Counted from the whole stretch's first letter, positions 1 to 15,329 are shown. The stretch is DNA of 61,772 bases, filler included, from Bipalium vagum (GCA_037834085.1; 3 parts of 3 records of this genome joined end to end with filler, not necessarily neighbours in it); one strand, 5' to 3'. A program made the numbers and translations. The notes: a model not told the origin generated them from the sequence alone.

Positions 1-3000
1 ATTATAATTTATGGCAAATTATAATTTCCTTATGAAATTTACAATCAAACATAAAATGGAGATTTGTATAATCTAAAAAAACTTTTTTAAAACAATAAAT
101 CCTTATGAAAATGATCTATTTTTATTATATTTAAAAATTCAAGTACCTGCCTAATACTTTTGAGGGGTAGTGTATATGACTTCAACAATAATACCTATTT
201 TGGATTTTGATTATTGAATATTAGTTTGATAAATTTATATGCAAAGATTTAAATATGGCACCACCATATCTATTATTCACCGAACTTTTCAATCCATCCT
301 CGTAAATTGGCAAATTCATATGAAAACCTAATAAAACCAATTTTTTTGATATTTCTTCAGCTATTTATTTGTATTATTAAAGTGTAGCAGATTTTTAATA
401 TTACAATGGTTTCAAGAGATATTCATTACAGAATCGAAAATCACACGATGATAATATAATTGACTTTTATTTTTCGAGCTTTTGTCAGAAATAAATTATG
501 CCTTTTTATTTCTTTACTGTGCTTTATTCGATAAGCCCAAATGGCATTTATTGTTCAAAAATATTTTTCTATTGGAATTGTGATTAAAAATGTATTGTAT
601 TCAGTCATTTTAACCAAGAAGCCACTGTGACAAATGAACAATAAGAATTAGTGTTCGTGAACTAGGAGGAAGCTTAGAGAGAAAGTATACAAAAAGAATT
701 AAATATGATTTTTTTTTCAGAAAAATGAGACTGTCTAATTTTTTTTGTAAATTTCACATCTGTTGTCTTATTGAATGTTTAGCATAATCCGATGATAATA
801 AAGAAAATCTTTTTAAAGGAACCTATCTGATGGAATCTATTACAGAAAGAGGAGTCTAATAGAAATTCAAGATTATAATAGACTACTGCAAGGTTATGGG
901 ATTTCGAAATGGAAAATATAATATTTTTCTGTTAAAAGAATATTTGCTACTAACTAACTTTTCAGTAATTATTCAGTACAGCAAATGTAAAAATTAAAAG
1001 AAAGAGAGAGTTGAACAGAATAAAAAGTTGATATCTTGATTTTTTAAAATAATTTTTATCTTTGGCTTATAAAGAAAATTAAATGACCTTGTATTATTTG
1101 TACCTGTTTTGTTTCTTGGTCCATATATAAAAAAAATTATATCTAAAGATTAAAAATTATTTTGCGGTTATTTTTTGAAAAAGAGCTTAATTATGTACCT
1201 AATGAAGTTTAATTAATTTTTTTAAAGGTTTACTTTATTTTAAAACAAAATATAAAAGTTATCTTAATATTGAATAAATATCAACTGTATTTTAGAATTT
1301 TAATATTTATTAAATAAACAAAAGGACATGAGTTTATTAAATTTGAAACTGTTGACAAAAAGTTGTTTTACAATTTTATTAATTAAATTTTACATTTTTG
1401 TTTAAATTAAATAAATGCAAAAAGTAACTGGTATATTTTGAAATAATAAAAATATCAATTTATTAATTTAAATATAAATAATATAATTATTAATAAAAAT
1501 ATTGATTTTATTTNNNNNNNNNNNNNNNNNNNNNNNNNNNNNNNNNNNNNNNNNNNNNNNNNNNNNNNNNNNNNNNNNNNNNNNNNNNNNNNNNNNNNNN
1601 NNNNNNNNNNNNNNNNNNNNNNNNNNNNNNNNNNNNNNNNNNNNNNNNNNNNNNNNNNNNNNNNNAAATTTATATAGCATAAAAATCGCATTGCTCTGAT
1701 TTAAGAAACTATCTTTAACCCAAAACATTTGAGCTAGTTCAAAAAACTGAAAAACGATAAGGTTTATAAAAATCTTAAAAAATTAGGCGAAGAATTAGTG
1801 AAATTTAGATAATGTTTTAGTTTATGCTATGTTTGGTACAGAAACGCTTAGATCGAACTATAATAAAATAGTTAATTTATTATTATTTTTAATAAAACAA
1901 TGGAATGGGAGAAAAATCCTTTTTGCAAATGTATTTATTGCTTTAATCCTACAATTATTAATTGGATTCCAATAACGCGAGATTTCTTATTACTGTTATT
2001 TAAATTTTAAAAATTGTTAAATCTCATTTGTGAAATCTAAAAACATAATTAAACTGAAATCCATTCATATTTATACTGACTTTATATTATATTAACCCAA
2101 CATTACATGCCTGATTTATAATTTAATTTTTAAAATGAATAAAATAGACATATTCTACTGAAATTATTTATTCTTTAAGGTGTTCCATTAAGGTCGAAGA
2201 ATTTTGTTCTTCTAATAAAAAGACTTGATATGAATAAATTTTTTATTTCAAACTAAAGTACACAGATTATCATTAATTATGTAACTCAACATCACTCATA
2301 TATCCTCCTTGTTTTGCAGACGTTCATTCGTTTGCGATCAGTACAAGCATAATGTTCTACTTATATTGAGAAAATGCAAAAAAATTATTACCATTTGTGT
2401 GGGAAATGTTCTCAGTGTAAGGACGGTGTAGAAAAGGTTCAGTCTAAAGGAAAAACTCAACTTTTCTTAATTGTATTTAAAATGTTTTTGGTTATATAAT
2501 GGTACTAGACAACAAGTCTGTCTATTAATTAAAACACTCTTTAGTTTACATGGCACAATCGCTGATACTAAAGGAAACTTGAAAGATAAATTTAAAGGGA
2601 TAATGTATTCGAAACGAGTAATACAAGGTTGGTGTTTGAAAAATAATAAATCCAAAATATTAGAGAATAACTTACCTCTAATTTCTGAGAAAATAATTTT
2701 TCCTTCGTAAATTAATTATTAAATAATAATAGTAATAATGATAATTTTCCAATAACTTTCTGGAAAATATTTTTGTATTTAGCTGAAATTCCTCAGATTT
2801 GTTCCTATCTTAACATGTACGTATGTTTTATCATGATAATAAATTAAATTTTTTAATAATGTTTATTAATAATGAATACAATTTAAACATTTTATGATTA
2901 TTTTATCTTTTAGTGAAAAAGTAACTATTTTAAAGTCTGCATATTTTCAGAGATTCTCTGATAATTTTATTTTATTTATAGAATTATCTTACCTCAACAC

Positions 3001-3837
3001 TGACATAATCATTTTAATAAAAAAAATATAAAAACAAAATATAAATAATTATATTTTAAAGCTGTACATTTTCAAAATTATTATTTTTGGATGAACATCT
3101 CCCGTGTTTTATTTTTGATTATAATTTCTGTTCTTATTAATATGTTAATATAAAGTATGTCTAATAAAAGAGAATAGGTCCATGTTTAATTAAAATTACT
3201 ATTTTATTTATTTTTAATCATCAGATAATTGAATTCTCTTTATTCTGGTTCATTAAAATACCGCTGAAACAATTTTTAATTATAAATCTACTTTTGTGAT
3301 AAAAAATATTCGTGGTGGATTAATTCTTTAAATAAATTTTCTGATTAATCAAGATGGCCTTAACCATGTGTCTTCAACATGGGATAACGTTTCCAGCGTG
3401 GTTTTATTAAAAATCTAACATAAACAGCAATGACTGTGTTGCCATAAAAGGTTAAGCCTTTAGAAAAAGATAAATAAATTTTGTCTTTTTTATAATTCTT
3501 TGATTTTTATGTCATAATTTCATAGTCTTAGCAACCGATTTTTGACCAATTCCACAAGTGTTGTTCAATTTTTTCCCTAACAATTTCAGGTTGGATTTCG
3601 TTGTATTTTTTTTCTTTTACTGTTTTCAGCACATGAAATTAGCCGGTAAACAGTTGAATTGGGTATGTCTTCATCAATGAAATGCCTAGCAATGAAGTTT
3701 TCCGTAAATGTATGTTATTATTGTAAAAATCTACAATATCAAATTAAGTGATTTCTGAAAATGTAAATAATTTAATAATACTGATGTGCTTATCTTACTT
3801 CTATATATCATTTTATTGATCTTGATTTGCTTAGTTA

Positions 3838-4741
3838 CTAGGTAGTTCGAAAAGTCCCTGGCCTAACAAAGAAAAACAACTTTTTAAGACATGAACAAGT
3901 TTTATATTTCAACGTAGTCTCCTTTTAGGAGGATACATCGGTTCCATCGACCAAAATTTTTGATATCCTCTGAAAAATAAGATTTCTCAAACCCTTCAAA
4001 ATATGCTATAGTTTCAGCTATGATTTCACCATTTGTGTAAAATCTTTTAACAAAGAATCATCTTTTGAAGTTTGGGAATAAGAAAAAGTCACTAGGTGCT
4101 ATGTCCGGAGAATACGATGGATGTGAAAGCAAATCGTAGCGCAATTAGTGTATTTTGGTCGTTGAAATTACACTTCGACGAGGTGGTGCACAATCATGAT
4201 GTAAGAAAGCCTTTTTTAGTAATGTGATCTTTTTTCTAAAATTATATTACTTAATTGATCCAATAATGCTGCATAATATTGTTCCGTTATCGTTTTCCCC
4301 TTTCCGGAAATCTATGAATAGTATTATTTTGGTGTCCCGAAAAACCTTTCAGCCGACTGCTGTGATTTTGGTCGATGTGGAGCACTTTGACCGGGTCCTA
4401 CCCATTGCTTTGACTGTGGTGATGATTCAAGTGTGTAGTTATGTATCCACGTTTCATCAACGGTTATATAACGACGAAAACAATCATTTGGATTTCCATT
4501 AAAAACAGTTAAACACAGCTTTGAATTATTAACTTGTTGCTTTAGATAGATTGTTAAAGTGTGCAGCACCCATTTTGCGACAAGCTTTTTCAATTTAAAT
4601 TCAAAATCAAACCTGGGTATGTAATTTTAATGTTAGTGGATAATTTAAAAAATTGACAGATTGCATAAAATTTTTGAATTTCATAGTTTCAAAGAATGCA
4701 CTTTTCATTAATTTTGGCCAGGGACTTTTCGAATGACCTAG
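3838..4741 (-). mobile_element. Internally deleted mariner element
   Basis: TIRs CTAGGTAGTTCGAAAAGTCCCTGGCC / GGCCAGGGACTTTTCGAATGACCTAG flanked by TA; WVLHTL, TVDETWIH and HPSYSPDIAPSDFFLFP remnants. Confidence 0.92.
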
Positions 4742-5329
4742 TAAAATAAGTCATTTAAACAATTTTTATACTACATTTAAGTTATTTAAGTTTTAAAGTA
4801 ATAACATTTCTTATCTATAGCGTGTTATACGTATTAATATCTGATTTGAAAATAAGTAAAGTTACTTCCAGAAAATTAACTTTTGATTCCTGGAATATAT
4901 TCCAAGGTTGAAAAATAAATTAAATTTAAATAAATTCTCAATTTATGACTGAGGTTGGAAATAAATTATTCCCACACTTGGTGTGGCCTAAAGGAATTTA
5001 TTTTTCTCAACATTCATTTTTTTGATTTATTCATTTTTGAATGAGATAGTACTAACAATTCAATTATGATTTGACAAGAAATTTTATATAACGAATTTCG
5101 GTAAATTTAATAATAATTATTAATAAATAATTAATATAATAATAAATAATAATAATTAATAAATATAATAATTCAATATAATAATTATCTTTTTAATAAG
5201 TAGTATAAAAATATGAAGAAAAGGTAAATTTTTGCAATCCACATTCAATTGAAGTTCCGCACAAAACTGTAATATTTGAACCAGAATTAAGCAGATATAT
5301 GGTGAAGAAAATTTGACGAATGAAGAAAA

Positions 5330-5800
5330 ATATTTGCAAAATGTTATTAATAACAGGTTATTAACAAGTGATGAAAAAGTGCTTGTAAAAATGATAGATA
5401 ATAGACCCTTGGAAATTGGCAAAGATTCTATAACTTGCCAGCCTAAAGGCTTATATCGAAAAATATAGTTTTTTCAGTTTCCTGGGATTAAAAAAGAACA
5501 GCTTATTATGAGCTTTTGTATAATAATTAAAACATTAACAATATTGAGTATGGCAGTTAAAAAGGCAGACAGAAGGTTTCAATGGTTTAAAATCATCCGT
5601 GTTAGGTAATCGAAAAAGAGCCTTGATAACGACAGGTCTTTCTTTCACTCATACAAGGGTCAAGTAAACTACCATCACATTTTTATCTCTTATCATGGAC
5701 AAACAAATGTTTTCAGCACTATCAAGTGGAGAACTGTCCTTTACTTAATCACATCTCCAGAATTTTTTAAGTCTAAAAAAATCTTCAAACTTATAAATAA
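5330..5800 (+). mobile_element. Degenerate mariner transposase fragment
   Basis: RLLTSDEKVL...QPKGLYRK remnant; borders approximate. Confidence 0.5.
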
Positions 5801-6436
5801 CTGATAATAATTATTTTAGAGTTTGGAAATTGAGTATTTGTAAACATTCAATTGTAGTTGTCTCATCAATATTCATAAAACTGCGCCTTTCTATTCTGAT
5901 TCATTTGTGTTGGGTAATTAGACCTTAGGTAGGGCTACCTCATTATATTTCTATTAATCAACAAAACTAAGTGAAATTTAATAGTCTTAAGTTAAATCCA
6001 TTTTTTGATATATCAAAAAGGATAATAAGATTGATTTCAGTAAAGTATCGTTAAATCATTTTCGCAGAACATAGTAAAGAATAATTATTTTTCAAAAGTT
6101 CTTTTTGAATATTTCATATCAATATTAAAAGATTCGTTAATAAATAATAAAACAAGAATGAAATTTTTGGAAATGTTTCTTTATTTAAGAAAAACTGATG
6201 GAAACAATATTTTAAAATTTATTTTATATTCAGAAAATAAAAAATACACAATTTCTTCTACTTTTAACGAATATTTAAAAAAATATTTTTATTATCTTAA
6301 CTATGCTGGCTGTTAATACTTTATTTTCTTTATTTTTTATTCTTTTATTTTTAAATGTTTTCAATTTATAAACGGAAAACGCAAAAATAAGGTGATATTA
6401 TAAAAATGTAGTCTTCATACATCACTAGAATTAATA

Positions 6437-6520
6437 CAGTGGAAGTCGGTTAATACGATTATGTCGATATTACGATATAATTAATCGAACCCTTTTTAAT
6501 ATGTATAATTTTGATATATA
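6437..6520 (+). mobile_element. Solo terminus of the pogo/Tigger-like family at 20322-21123
   Basis: TA-CAGTGGAAGTCGGTTAATACG... aligns with the reverse complement of roughly 21040-21123. Confidence 0.75.
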
Positions 6521-7259
6521 CATGTTATTTATATTTTGAAACAAACATAAAAATTTTTAGAAACAAATATTTCTAATATAAATCGTTTTTGGAGTTTAAC
6601 CAAAAAAATTAAAATAAATGAATATATTCGTTTAATAATACTTGATGTCTACGATAACAAAATAAAGCAAAGGAAATGTAGAGAAATATTCATTCAGTAC
6701 AAGGGAAATAATGAATAGCATAAGTCAGTAATAGAAAATGTTTCATAAATTTTGATGAATTAACTAAAACCTAACAGACGAACATTGTACTGGAAGACTT
6801 GTGCAGAGTGATAAGCTGTGGTGAAGGAAAATCCACCGTGGAGGAGTGAAAAGCTAAGATTTTTCGATAATCAATGAAAAATATTTCCATTAATCTAATT
6901 ATTACATTTTATTTTGGTTAATAAATAATATTTGTCAATTATCAAAAAACTAAAACTGGTTACAATTGAATTTTGACAATCATTTGTGCTAATGAATTTT
7001 TAATTAGTTTTCGAATTTTAATTTTTATTTTAATCTCAAAAAAATAAAATTTATAAAATATAAAAAATAAATGTCAATCTTAAAAAGTCAACCAAAAAAT
7101 AATTTATATTAATTAAATTTTATGTTAAAAAGTTTCCGTCGATTTTAGCAATATGAAAAACGTAAGAATACTAAGACAATTTCAGAACTTTATTATTAAA
7201 CTTCTTATCTTCACCCTCTTGTTAGGCAGTGTCTTGCCATTCTTTGGTAAAACTAGAAT

Positions 7260-7440
7260 TCCGTCACTATAGAACTTCTTCAATTTTTCGTTGAAAAACT
7301 GAACTCAAAGGAGTTTTCGATGTACTCCTTTGAGTTCAATTTTACACCATCAAGGAAGTTCTGCAATGAACGAAACAAATGATAGCCTGACAGTGCAATA
7401 TCAGGACTATATGGGGGATGTAACAAAACCTCCCAATATT
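7260..7440 (-). mobile_element. Mariner transposase 3' fragment
   Basis: WEVLLHPPYSPDIALS motif. Confidence 0.8.
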
Positions 7441-8369
7441 TATTAATTATTAACGGGAAAGTAATTTGGTTAATGAAATTTATTCAAATATTTTGAATAA
7501 GTTCAAATAGTGACACTTATTCTTCAGATTTTCATTAATTCAATTTTAAAATTTAAATATAAACTTTTTTGATTTAATTTTTTAATTTCAAAATTAAAAT
7601 TTATCAACTATAAGATATTAAAAGGATCAATTAAGTAAACATGACTTGACAGTGCCAACTAAAGGGAACATAAAGGAAGAAAAAACAAGAAAAGATAAGT
7701 AAAAGAAACTAGAAGCATGAGAATAAAAAGAAGATGAAACAAACTTTTGATTTGACAAATGACTTAAACCAATCCATTCTTATGGTGCATATTCATATTC
7801 GATATGTTATTCAGTTTTTTCCTTGATTATATTGTATGATTAGAAGTTTAATGTGGTCTATGTAGAATTATACGAAAAAAATCCAAAATTAAATAATAAA
7901 GAATTAAATTTAATTAAAAAGAGTACTTTGTAATTAAGTTAATAAAAGGCAAATAATTAAGTTCCCAAAAATAGATCTACAAAATATTAAAAAAGAGAAA
8001 TAATAAAATTAATAAGTTATGTTACTTTTAAAATAATTGAGCTGAGACAAATAAAATATAAATATTAATTTAGTAACCTGTGTTATTAATTTAAAATTCA
8101 AACTATGATAGTAAAAATCATAGATAAGCCAGCAATAATTAAAAAATTCACAAAAACCATATAAATGGAAATAAAGAAAATTAATAGTACTGAAAGCCAG
8201 ATTAAAAAAGAAATTCGAACCGACATTTACAGCAACGTATAAAAATGTAGTGTCATCATTTTCAATCGGAAAATTACAGGCGACAAATATACCACCGAGT
8301 TTTGTTTTTGGGATCATTGTCCATTTGTAGTCTTCACCTTCAGTCAAACATTTTTCCAGTATTTGAATT

Positions 8370-8780
8370 AGGTATTCCTGAAGAATTTGTACAAAATATG
8401 CTCCATACATAATTCTTTTAAATCCATGCACACCAACAAAACCCTCAATGCTGAAACCTCCTTATAGCATATTTTTCTGTCTATTTTTTGGATTTCTTTA
8501 GAATTCAACGCTTGGATTCTTCGACCATCTTTGAAAAAATTGAAAGGACTTTTCATCAGTAAAAATAGTTCGACTCCAATCGTCATCTTGGTACTGAATT
8601 GCTAATTGAACATGGCTATCTTTATGTTTTTGCGTTTGCAATGGAGTACTGTAAGGGTAATGACATCTAAACATCGATTGTCAATCAGTTTTTGTACAAG
8701 TTCTTTTGATGAAACCTCATTCGTCTGATCCATTGGAGAGATGGTATTGTGACGATGAAGAATAATTTATTGATTTCGAT
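8370..8780 (-). mobile_element. Tc1-like transposase fragment
   Basis: DDWSRTIFTDEKSFQFF...GGFSIEG...YFVQILQEYL with internal stops. Confidence 0.7.
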
Positions 8781-8809
8781 AACTTGATCTAATTTTTAAA
8801 ATCATCTAT

Positions 8810-9400
8810 GATAAGTAAACCCATTGTTTATCCTTCAGCATTGAAAGCTTTTTGGTTCCCTAAGTTATCGTTGCTACATTAAACTGAAGAAACAGGTAGT
8901 CATTTTCTTTGCAGCACTACGGGGCTGAACAACTTTTGTTGCTTTAAATTCATATTTAAATATTCGGATAGTTGTTGCTTACTTTCAGGGTCGTAATCCA
9001 CATGTCATTATTAATGATGATATTGTAAATTAAATTTTAAGCACCTCTGTTAAATTTCTGGACTTTTGTTGGTACCATTTAACACAACATTCATTTTCAG
9101 AAGAAATCAAATTGTGTAGGATTCAGTGATTGTAAAGCTTCCTCAGCTTCAGAGAGCCGCACAAAATGACCGAGAGCTTTCTTGTCCTTACCAATGGATT
9201 CCTCAATTTCACAATGTGTCTCATGTCTATCTCTTTCAATCATTTCAATTTAAAATCATTGCTGATATGGACGACCTCACGAAATTCTTTTTGCAGACCG
9301 GCTATCCACGTTGGAATTCTGTGAACCATTTTAAATGCAGATCTTCTATGGTACTTCATTCCGAAAGGCTAAATGAAGTCGTTTTAACCACATAAAATCA
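8810..9400 (-). mobile_element. Degenerate mariner 5'/central fragment
   Basis: YDPESKQQ motif; borders approximate. Confidence 0.6.
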
Positions 9401-9923
9401 ACAAACAACAGTTGTCTTCATATTTAATTTATAATTCCTATTTCAAATGTAAGAAGAAAATTATTATAAAAAATGGTAAAAACCAAGAACACGTCTTTTC
9501 CCACGATTTTGGTATTTTTTGCGTATGTATATTATTTCAGAGACACTTTAGTAGGAAAATTGTATCCTTACTTACAAATGATGAGAACGGAAGATCAGAG
9601 AACTCAATGATTGTTATGATCGGGATTTAAACGTAACCCGAGATGGAATTTTTTATTAAAAATAATTAATAAAAGATAAAGATAATAAAAAAATTCTCTT
9701 CATTATTTTATTTGTTTTTCTTAAAGAAAAAAGAGGAAAAATAACTTTTTATCAAAAATGATAGAAGTTTGGTAAACTGGAGAGCTGGAATTAGTTCTGA
9801 CTGCTTTTAATAATTTATATTTTGTCTAGTTTGCCCACGCAAAATTAAAATGTCAATTAAATATATCAATAATTGAAGTAAAATGTGCCATGTTTAACAA
9901 ATTAATCCCATAATTCAACTTAC

Positions 9924-10046
9924 CAATTTGTTCTTTATGGATAATTTTCGTTTTACAGACGTATTTGGTCTTTTAATTTCTTGCTCTGTTGATTTTGGAT
10001 AATGATTGGACCGAACCATAAATTGACTGACATTTTTATCAATTGC
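9924..10046 (-). CDS. SRPK: Probable SRPK spacer exon
   Basis: TTGCAG acceptor, GTAAGT donor, 123 nt open in phase 0: AIDKNVSQFMVRSNHYPKSTEQEIKRPNTSVKRKLSIKNKL. Confidence 0.65.
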
Positions 10047-10054
10047 CTGCAATT

Positions 10055-10056
<2 letters not shown>

Positions 10057-10096
<40 letters not shown>
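10057..10096. repeat. (AAT)n microsatellite
   Basis: Direct observation. Confidence 0.95.
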
Positions 10097-10097
<1 letters not shown>

Positions 10098-10999
10098 GCA
10101 ATATCAATAAAATATAAAAATATAAAAGTATAAGAAATAAAATTAAAATAATAATGAAAATTAAAAAAAATTGATTAAATCTAATTATAATATGATATTT
10201 TTAATTATATATCATTTTAAGAAACCTTTCTTTTTATTTTTTCATAAATTTTGAATAAAAATTATACTTTTGAAAAGAATAATTTTTTTGTCGATATCAA
10301 AAGTCCCTAAGAAAGCATAAAAAGTTAATTATATATAACATAAAGTTCTGAAATTAAGTAATAAATTCTAACCGATAAATGAAAGGAAAAAGTGAAAATT
10401 GATAATTCTCTTGACAATTCTCCAATTTTGTGTTCTACAACAAACCGTGTCATCATTCATTAAGTTAGTGGATGCACGGGTGCGAAAATATTAACAGTGA
10501 TATATTTTATGTTTCAAATATCTCAGTAACATCCCGAAATATTGTATCGACTGAACCGTCAGTAATCAGAAGTCTCAAATAGTGGACAGAGAATAATTCA
10601 AGTGCCAGGGAAAGTTTCAATTAAAATTTTATTCTTCTTAACATGTAACTAAAGGTTGCCTAAAGAATATTTTGAACTTAAAATGACTATGGTTTTAGGA
10701 TAAAAGTTTTGCAATGGTTTCTATTTAAAAACGACCAAAATAAATATATTATGTGCACCGAAAAGAAAAAATTTAAGTATTTGTTTGATATTTAATCGAT
10801 TATTTGTTTAAATAATTTCTTTGCTAGATAAGTTTTTAAAAATCAAAATATGGTTGCACATAGTACACTTATTTAATAGACACTGTCTACTGTATGAATT
10901 TGACCAATGATCTGGGACAACAGTTGCTCACCAAAAGATAAAAGTAATTTATAGATAATTTAATTGAGTGAAATTCAATGCAAGTTATGGTTTAATCAA

Positions 11000-11270
11000 T
11001 TCAGAAATGGTGATAAAAGTCTGACACACTTCTCGAAAATTGGATAATAAAGCTGTTTGATAAATTGGTCCAATAGATTCCCAGGCGAACAGCCGCAGAA
11101 ATGATTGTTAAGTCATACAAAGCTGGAATATGGATTTCACAAAATTTATAAAATGAACAGAAGTCTCTGAGGATTATGATTTCACATGCAAATCTAATAA
11201 GGCGTACCAAAGAACAATTTTGAAAGAAAATTGTTACTTCCGATAAAAAGTTGATTCTACTAGTATATTT
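11000..11270 (+). mobile_element. Mariner transposase fragment
   Basis: AGIWISQNL and IVTSDKK resemble WVPHxL and IVTGDEKW. Confidence 0.55.
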
Positions 11271-13004
11271 TATCTAAAGAGAAATTATTTTATCGCTGTG
11301 AATACCCTTAGTGCCAGATTTATGAGGAGATAGTCATTTCTAATGATGGAAAATACTTTTCTTGATTTTAATATTTCTATTTATCATAATAAAATTTAAA
11401 AGTTTTAAATTAATGCACTCTGTTGATAATAATCTTTGTGAAGATATTTCTTGAAATCTAAGTTGAATATCGTCAATATAAACAGATCAGTCTAATGTAC
11501 TTTAACCAAATATTAATTTAATTCCCAAATTCAACCTAAAAATAACAATGAAATCTTAATTATTTATTGCTTTAGGTTTTAATCGTTTCGTATATGTGAC
11601 GAGTTAGTGTTTTGCTTGTTAGTGTTCCCATATGTTTCTTTCTTAGTTTGTATTTCATGAACAACGCCCATCTCTTTTCAATTCTTGTTGAATCGAATTC
11701 CATTATCTAAATGATAATTGATCCACTGAAAGTGTATTTTTATGACAAATTAATAATTATTATGACATTATTTTTATTATTGCCGTTTTATATCTTACTA
11801 TATTGGGTATAATGATCTTTTATTCCATTTTTTCGATTTACTATATAAAAAGTCGTGATATGTCTGTTCCAGAATTGTTAATATAAGAATAGATTTAAGA
11901 CCATATTTACATCTTAATATTCTCTAAACAATTTCTCTCATGAACTGACGTTATTATTTATTATATAGCAATCACTATTGAATGTATTAAAATTTCAGAA
12001 AGAACACATACAATTTGGAAAATAAAATTTTGTCTAATAATATTTTCAATTAAATATCTGTAATCTGTTTCTTTGAGAATTTTCATCTTTGAAAATTGTA
12101 CTTTTTATTTTAATACAGGGTTTAACATGCCATTTTAATAATTAATTTTGGTTTTCGAACATGTCATTTTGTTGTTATCACATTCAATTTTGTTATTGTA
12201 AGATTAAATGGTATGTTTTATTTACAATGTAAAATTCTTTACTACAATTCAATCCCATTTCTTTTTCCTTCAAAGCACTGAATGCTTTCCCAATTAACTG
12301 AGCTGAGGCGTCTTCAAGTTGTTTCATTATAGTTATATTTTTAAAACAAAGTATTTCTAAAAATAAATAAAATAGGATTAATTATTTTGAATAAGAGGAT
12401 TAAATATTTCGGAAAACTCTGAACTACCTTTCTGGTTTTGATCATTAATTTTTGAATCGCATTAAATAACGTAATGTTGTTTTGGTAAAAACTTATTAAA
12501 TTTATAAAATTATATCTTAGCAAAAAATCATCCTCATTTTAATAATCCCATTATATCAATTGTCTTAAAACTTTTTAGAGATGTCAGAAAAGATTATTGA
12601 AGATGACTTGTAAAATAGAAATTAGAAAATAATTTATGAATTTCCATTTTTCCTTTCCATTCAGATTTAAAATAGTTTTTGTTTTATTTAGCAAGGAGAT
12701 TAACCAATTCACATAGGGCTCAATTTCATCAGGATGAGAACTACTACAAAATGATGGGAAACATCTTACTTAACAAAATTATAAATATTAACATCGGGAT
12801 TGTAATGAGGATTATTATTTGATGAGATACTAAAATATATATTTATCAAGCGCTGTAGGTTCCAAAGGTACATTAGGCATGATAATATATGCTAAAATTT
12901 AAATTAGTTTTAAATACAATAATTTGGCAATTTATACTTTTCATTGGACCATAAATTTGGAAAATAATAAAAATTAATAAAAATCTAATGGATAATGAAC
13001 TCAC

Positions 13005-13152
13005 GGATTGCAATTGCAAGTAGGAGGAAACTGTTGAATGGTTGAAATCTTGGGGTACAGGGGTTCTCCACTTCTGTGATTCATCATCATTTGTTAAACA
13101 TGATCTCAGTCCTGACAATTTAAAGCTGTTGCTGTTTCGCCGAAGGAAATTT
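13005..13152 (-). CDS. SRPK: Probable SRPK spacer exon
   Basis: TTTAG acceptor and GTGAGT donor; open frame NFLRRNSNSFKLSGLRSCLTNDDESQKWRTPVPQDFNHSTVSSYLQLQS; needs an unidentified upstream exon to fix phase. Confidence 0.55.
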
Positions 13153-14499
13153 CTAAATTAAATATAACAGCATTAGGATCAATCGTATGTTTACTAACAG
13201 GGTAAGCAAAACAACTTATCATATATATTCATAATTAAATAATTTTGGAAAATATTAAAAAAATTATTGATTAAAAACACTGATAAGTAATACAAATAAT
13301 AATTCTTATGAATAATAATTTATTGAATATCTTAGGAAATATGATAAAATATCTGCATTCACTTATTCTGCATATTAATGGAGTGAACTATTAAATATTT
13401 TCAAGGAACACTGTTTTTTTTAGTTTAACTATATAACTAAATATTTAAGTAAATCAAAATTAATCAGTTATATTATTTTGATAAAAATTCAAAATTTCAA
13501 AATAAAATAAAATAATTATTATTATTAATATAATAAAATTATTATTAACGTAACAATAAAATTACTGTTAATATATTAATAATTTAATTAATTAATGAAT
13601 AGTTTTAAATATTTAAAAATAAATATTAAATATTATATTATTTTATAATTATATTTATTATACTATTTAATATTATAATTTCTTAATTCAAAACTTAATT
13701 ATAAAATGTCTTATCCAAAGATTAATTTAAGAATCCAGAATTTTTTTATTAATCTAATCAAATACGTATTAAAAATAGTTAAAATTTTTAAACTGGAAAA
13801 TATTTGAATTAATTTGTCAGAAGTTCAATTTAAACAATAAACATTAAACAGAGTCATTGATGCATTTACCCATAAGTCAATAGAGCTTTGTGAAAAATTT
13901 TGTAGAATATGTCGTTGTAAAGCTGAACATTTTAAAAATAAATAAGCGATGTGTAGATGTCCTTGTTTTTTATAAGATATGTTACATTGAGGGATTCTTT
14001 TTCTATTCACTCATAAAGTTGTAAATCTAGTTAATTGACACTCCTGTTAAATCTATAATGCGAGAAATATCTCTTGTTTTAGAAAAATTTGTCAAAAATG
14101 ACCAAATTTTCTTTGTAGTACAATAATGCACTTAACCATACTTCACTCAGTCAACTTTTGACTTGAAATAAAGTGTATATTGGATCATTGCCATATTTTT
14201 CTGATTTGGATCACAATGAATTCTCTTAATTTTCTAATGAAAATGACATTAAAATGATCCAATCAGATTCACGTCGTACACTATGCGAATTCATTCAGTA
14301 AATGTTCTCGACAAAGCAATTAAACCATTTTTTATTATAATAACTGAATTGAAATAGAAAAAAGATATTTTGTTTTTTGATTTTGAAATTTTGTTTTAAT
14401 TATGTTTCGTTGTTGATTTCTAAAATTTTTTTGTTTTTCTGTGGATAGGCAGGGATTTTGAATGAAATAGTTGTAGTTAAACATACGTGAACAAAAATA

Positions 14500-15329
14500 T
14501 TAGATGTATCAGTATGATTCCGGCTTTTTTAATAAACAAGAAATTTTTAAAAAGTTTTATGTTTAAAAACATTTAATCAAAATATTTTCCATTTACAGAT
14601 ATAACATTGGACCATCTTTTACGCAACAAATGGATTCCACTAAAAAATTCTGGTTCTTTTTAAGAAATTCAGCTATCAACCCATTTTTGAAGCTCTTCAT
14701 CGGAACTGAACAGCTTCCCAGAAAGCGCGAATTGCATCGAGAGGAACAAATGGAAATCCGAAGATACAATATCTGGCAGGTGATGTAAGACTTCCCAGTT
14801 TGCACCTTCTAAGTAATTATTTACGATAGAATGAACATGCAGTCTGGAATTATTGTGTAGCAAAATTATCTTATCTGTCCGCTCATTCTGTTCTGTTCTC
14901 TTTCGGAGTTTGCTTCAAATGAATTAATTTCGATCAATAACGTTCACAAAACATTGTTTTTGATGATTTCAACAGTTCATAATAAATCACACCTTTTTGA
15001 TCCCACCAGATACACAGAATTATTTTGGACTCATGGGTATTCTGTTTGGGCGTTAATGTACTTGGTTTGCCAGGCTTCTTTCAAAATGCTTTGTGTTTTT
15101 GGTTGTCATATCGAATCCATGTCTCGTCTTCTGTCACAATCATATGCAAAAAATTGTTCTTTGTTGTCTCTGAAAATGGATATCACAAATTGTAAGTCAT
15201 CTCTCAATATCTCTTTCCCGCAATCTATGTAAGAACCATTTCCTTAATTTTTAATCAGTCCCATATTTCTCAGACGTTGGGAAATGCATCCTTATTTTTG
15301 TAAAGCCAGAATCATACCAATTCATCTAA
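14500..15329 (-). mobile_element. Internally deleted mariner element
   Basis: TIRs TTAGATGTATCAGTATGATTCCGGCTTT / AAAGCCAGAATCATACCAATTCATCTAA flanked by TA; HNNSRLH...WEVLHH..PDIVSSDFHLF. Confidence 0.9.

Noticed and set aside
195-327. Possible further SRPK exon on the minus strand
   Set aside because: All frames hit stops before the obvious donor and there is no kinase motif
1455-1728. ORFs spanning the N gap (also 48192-48476 and 21530-21733)
   Set aside because: Artefacts of N runs or ATT repeats
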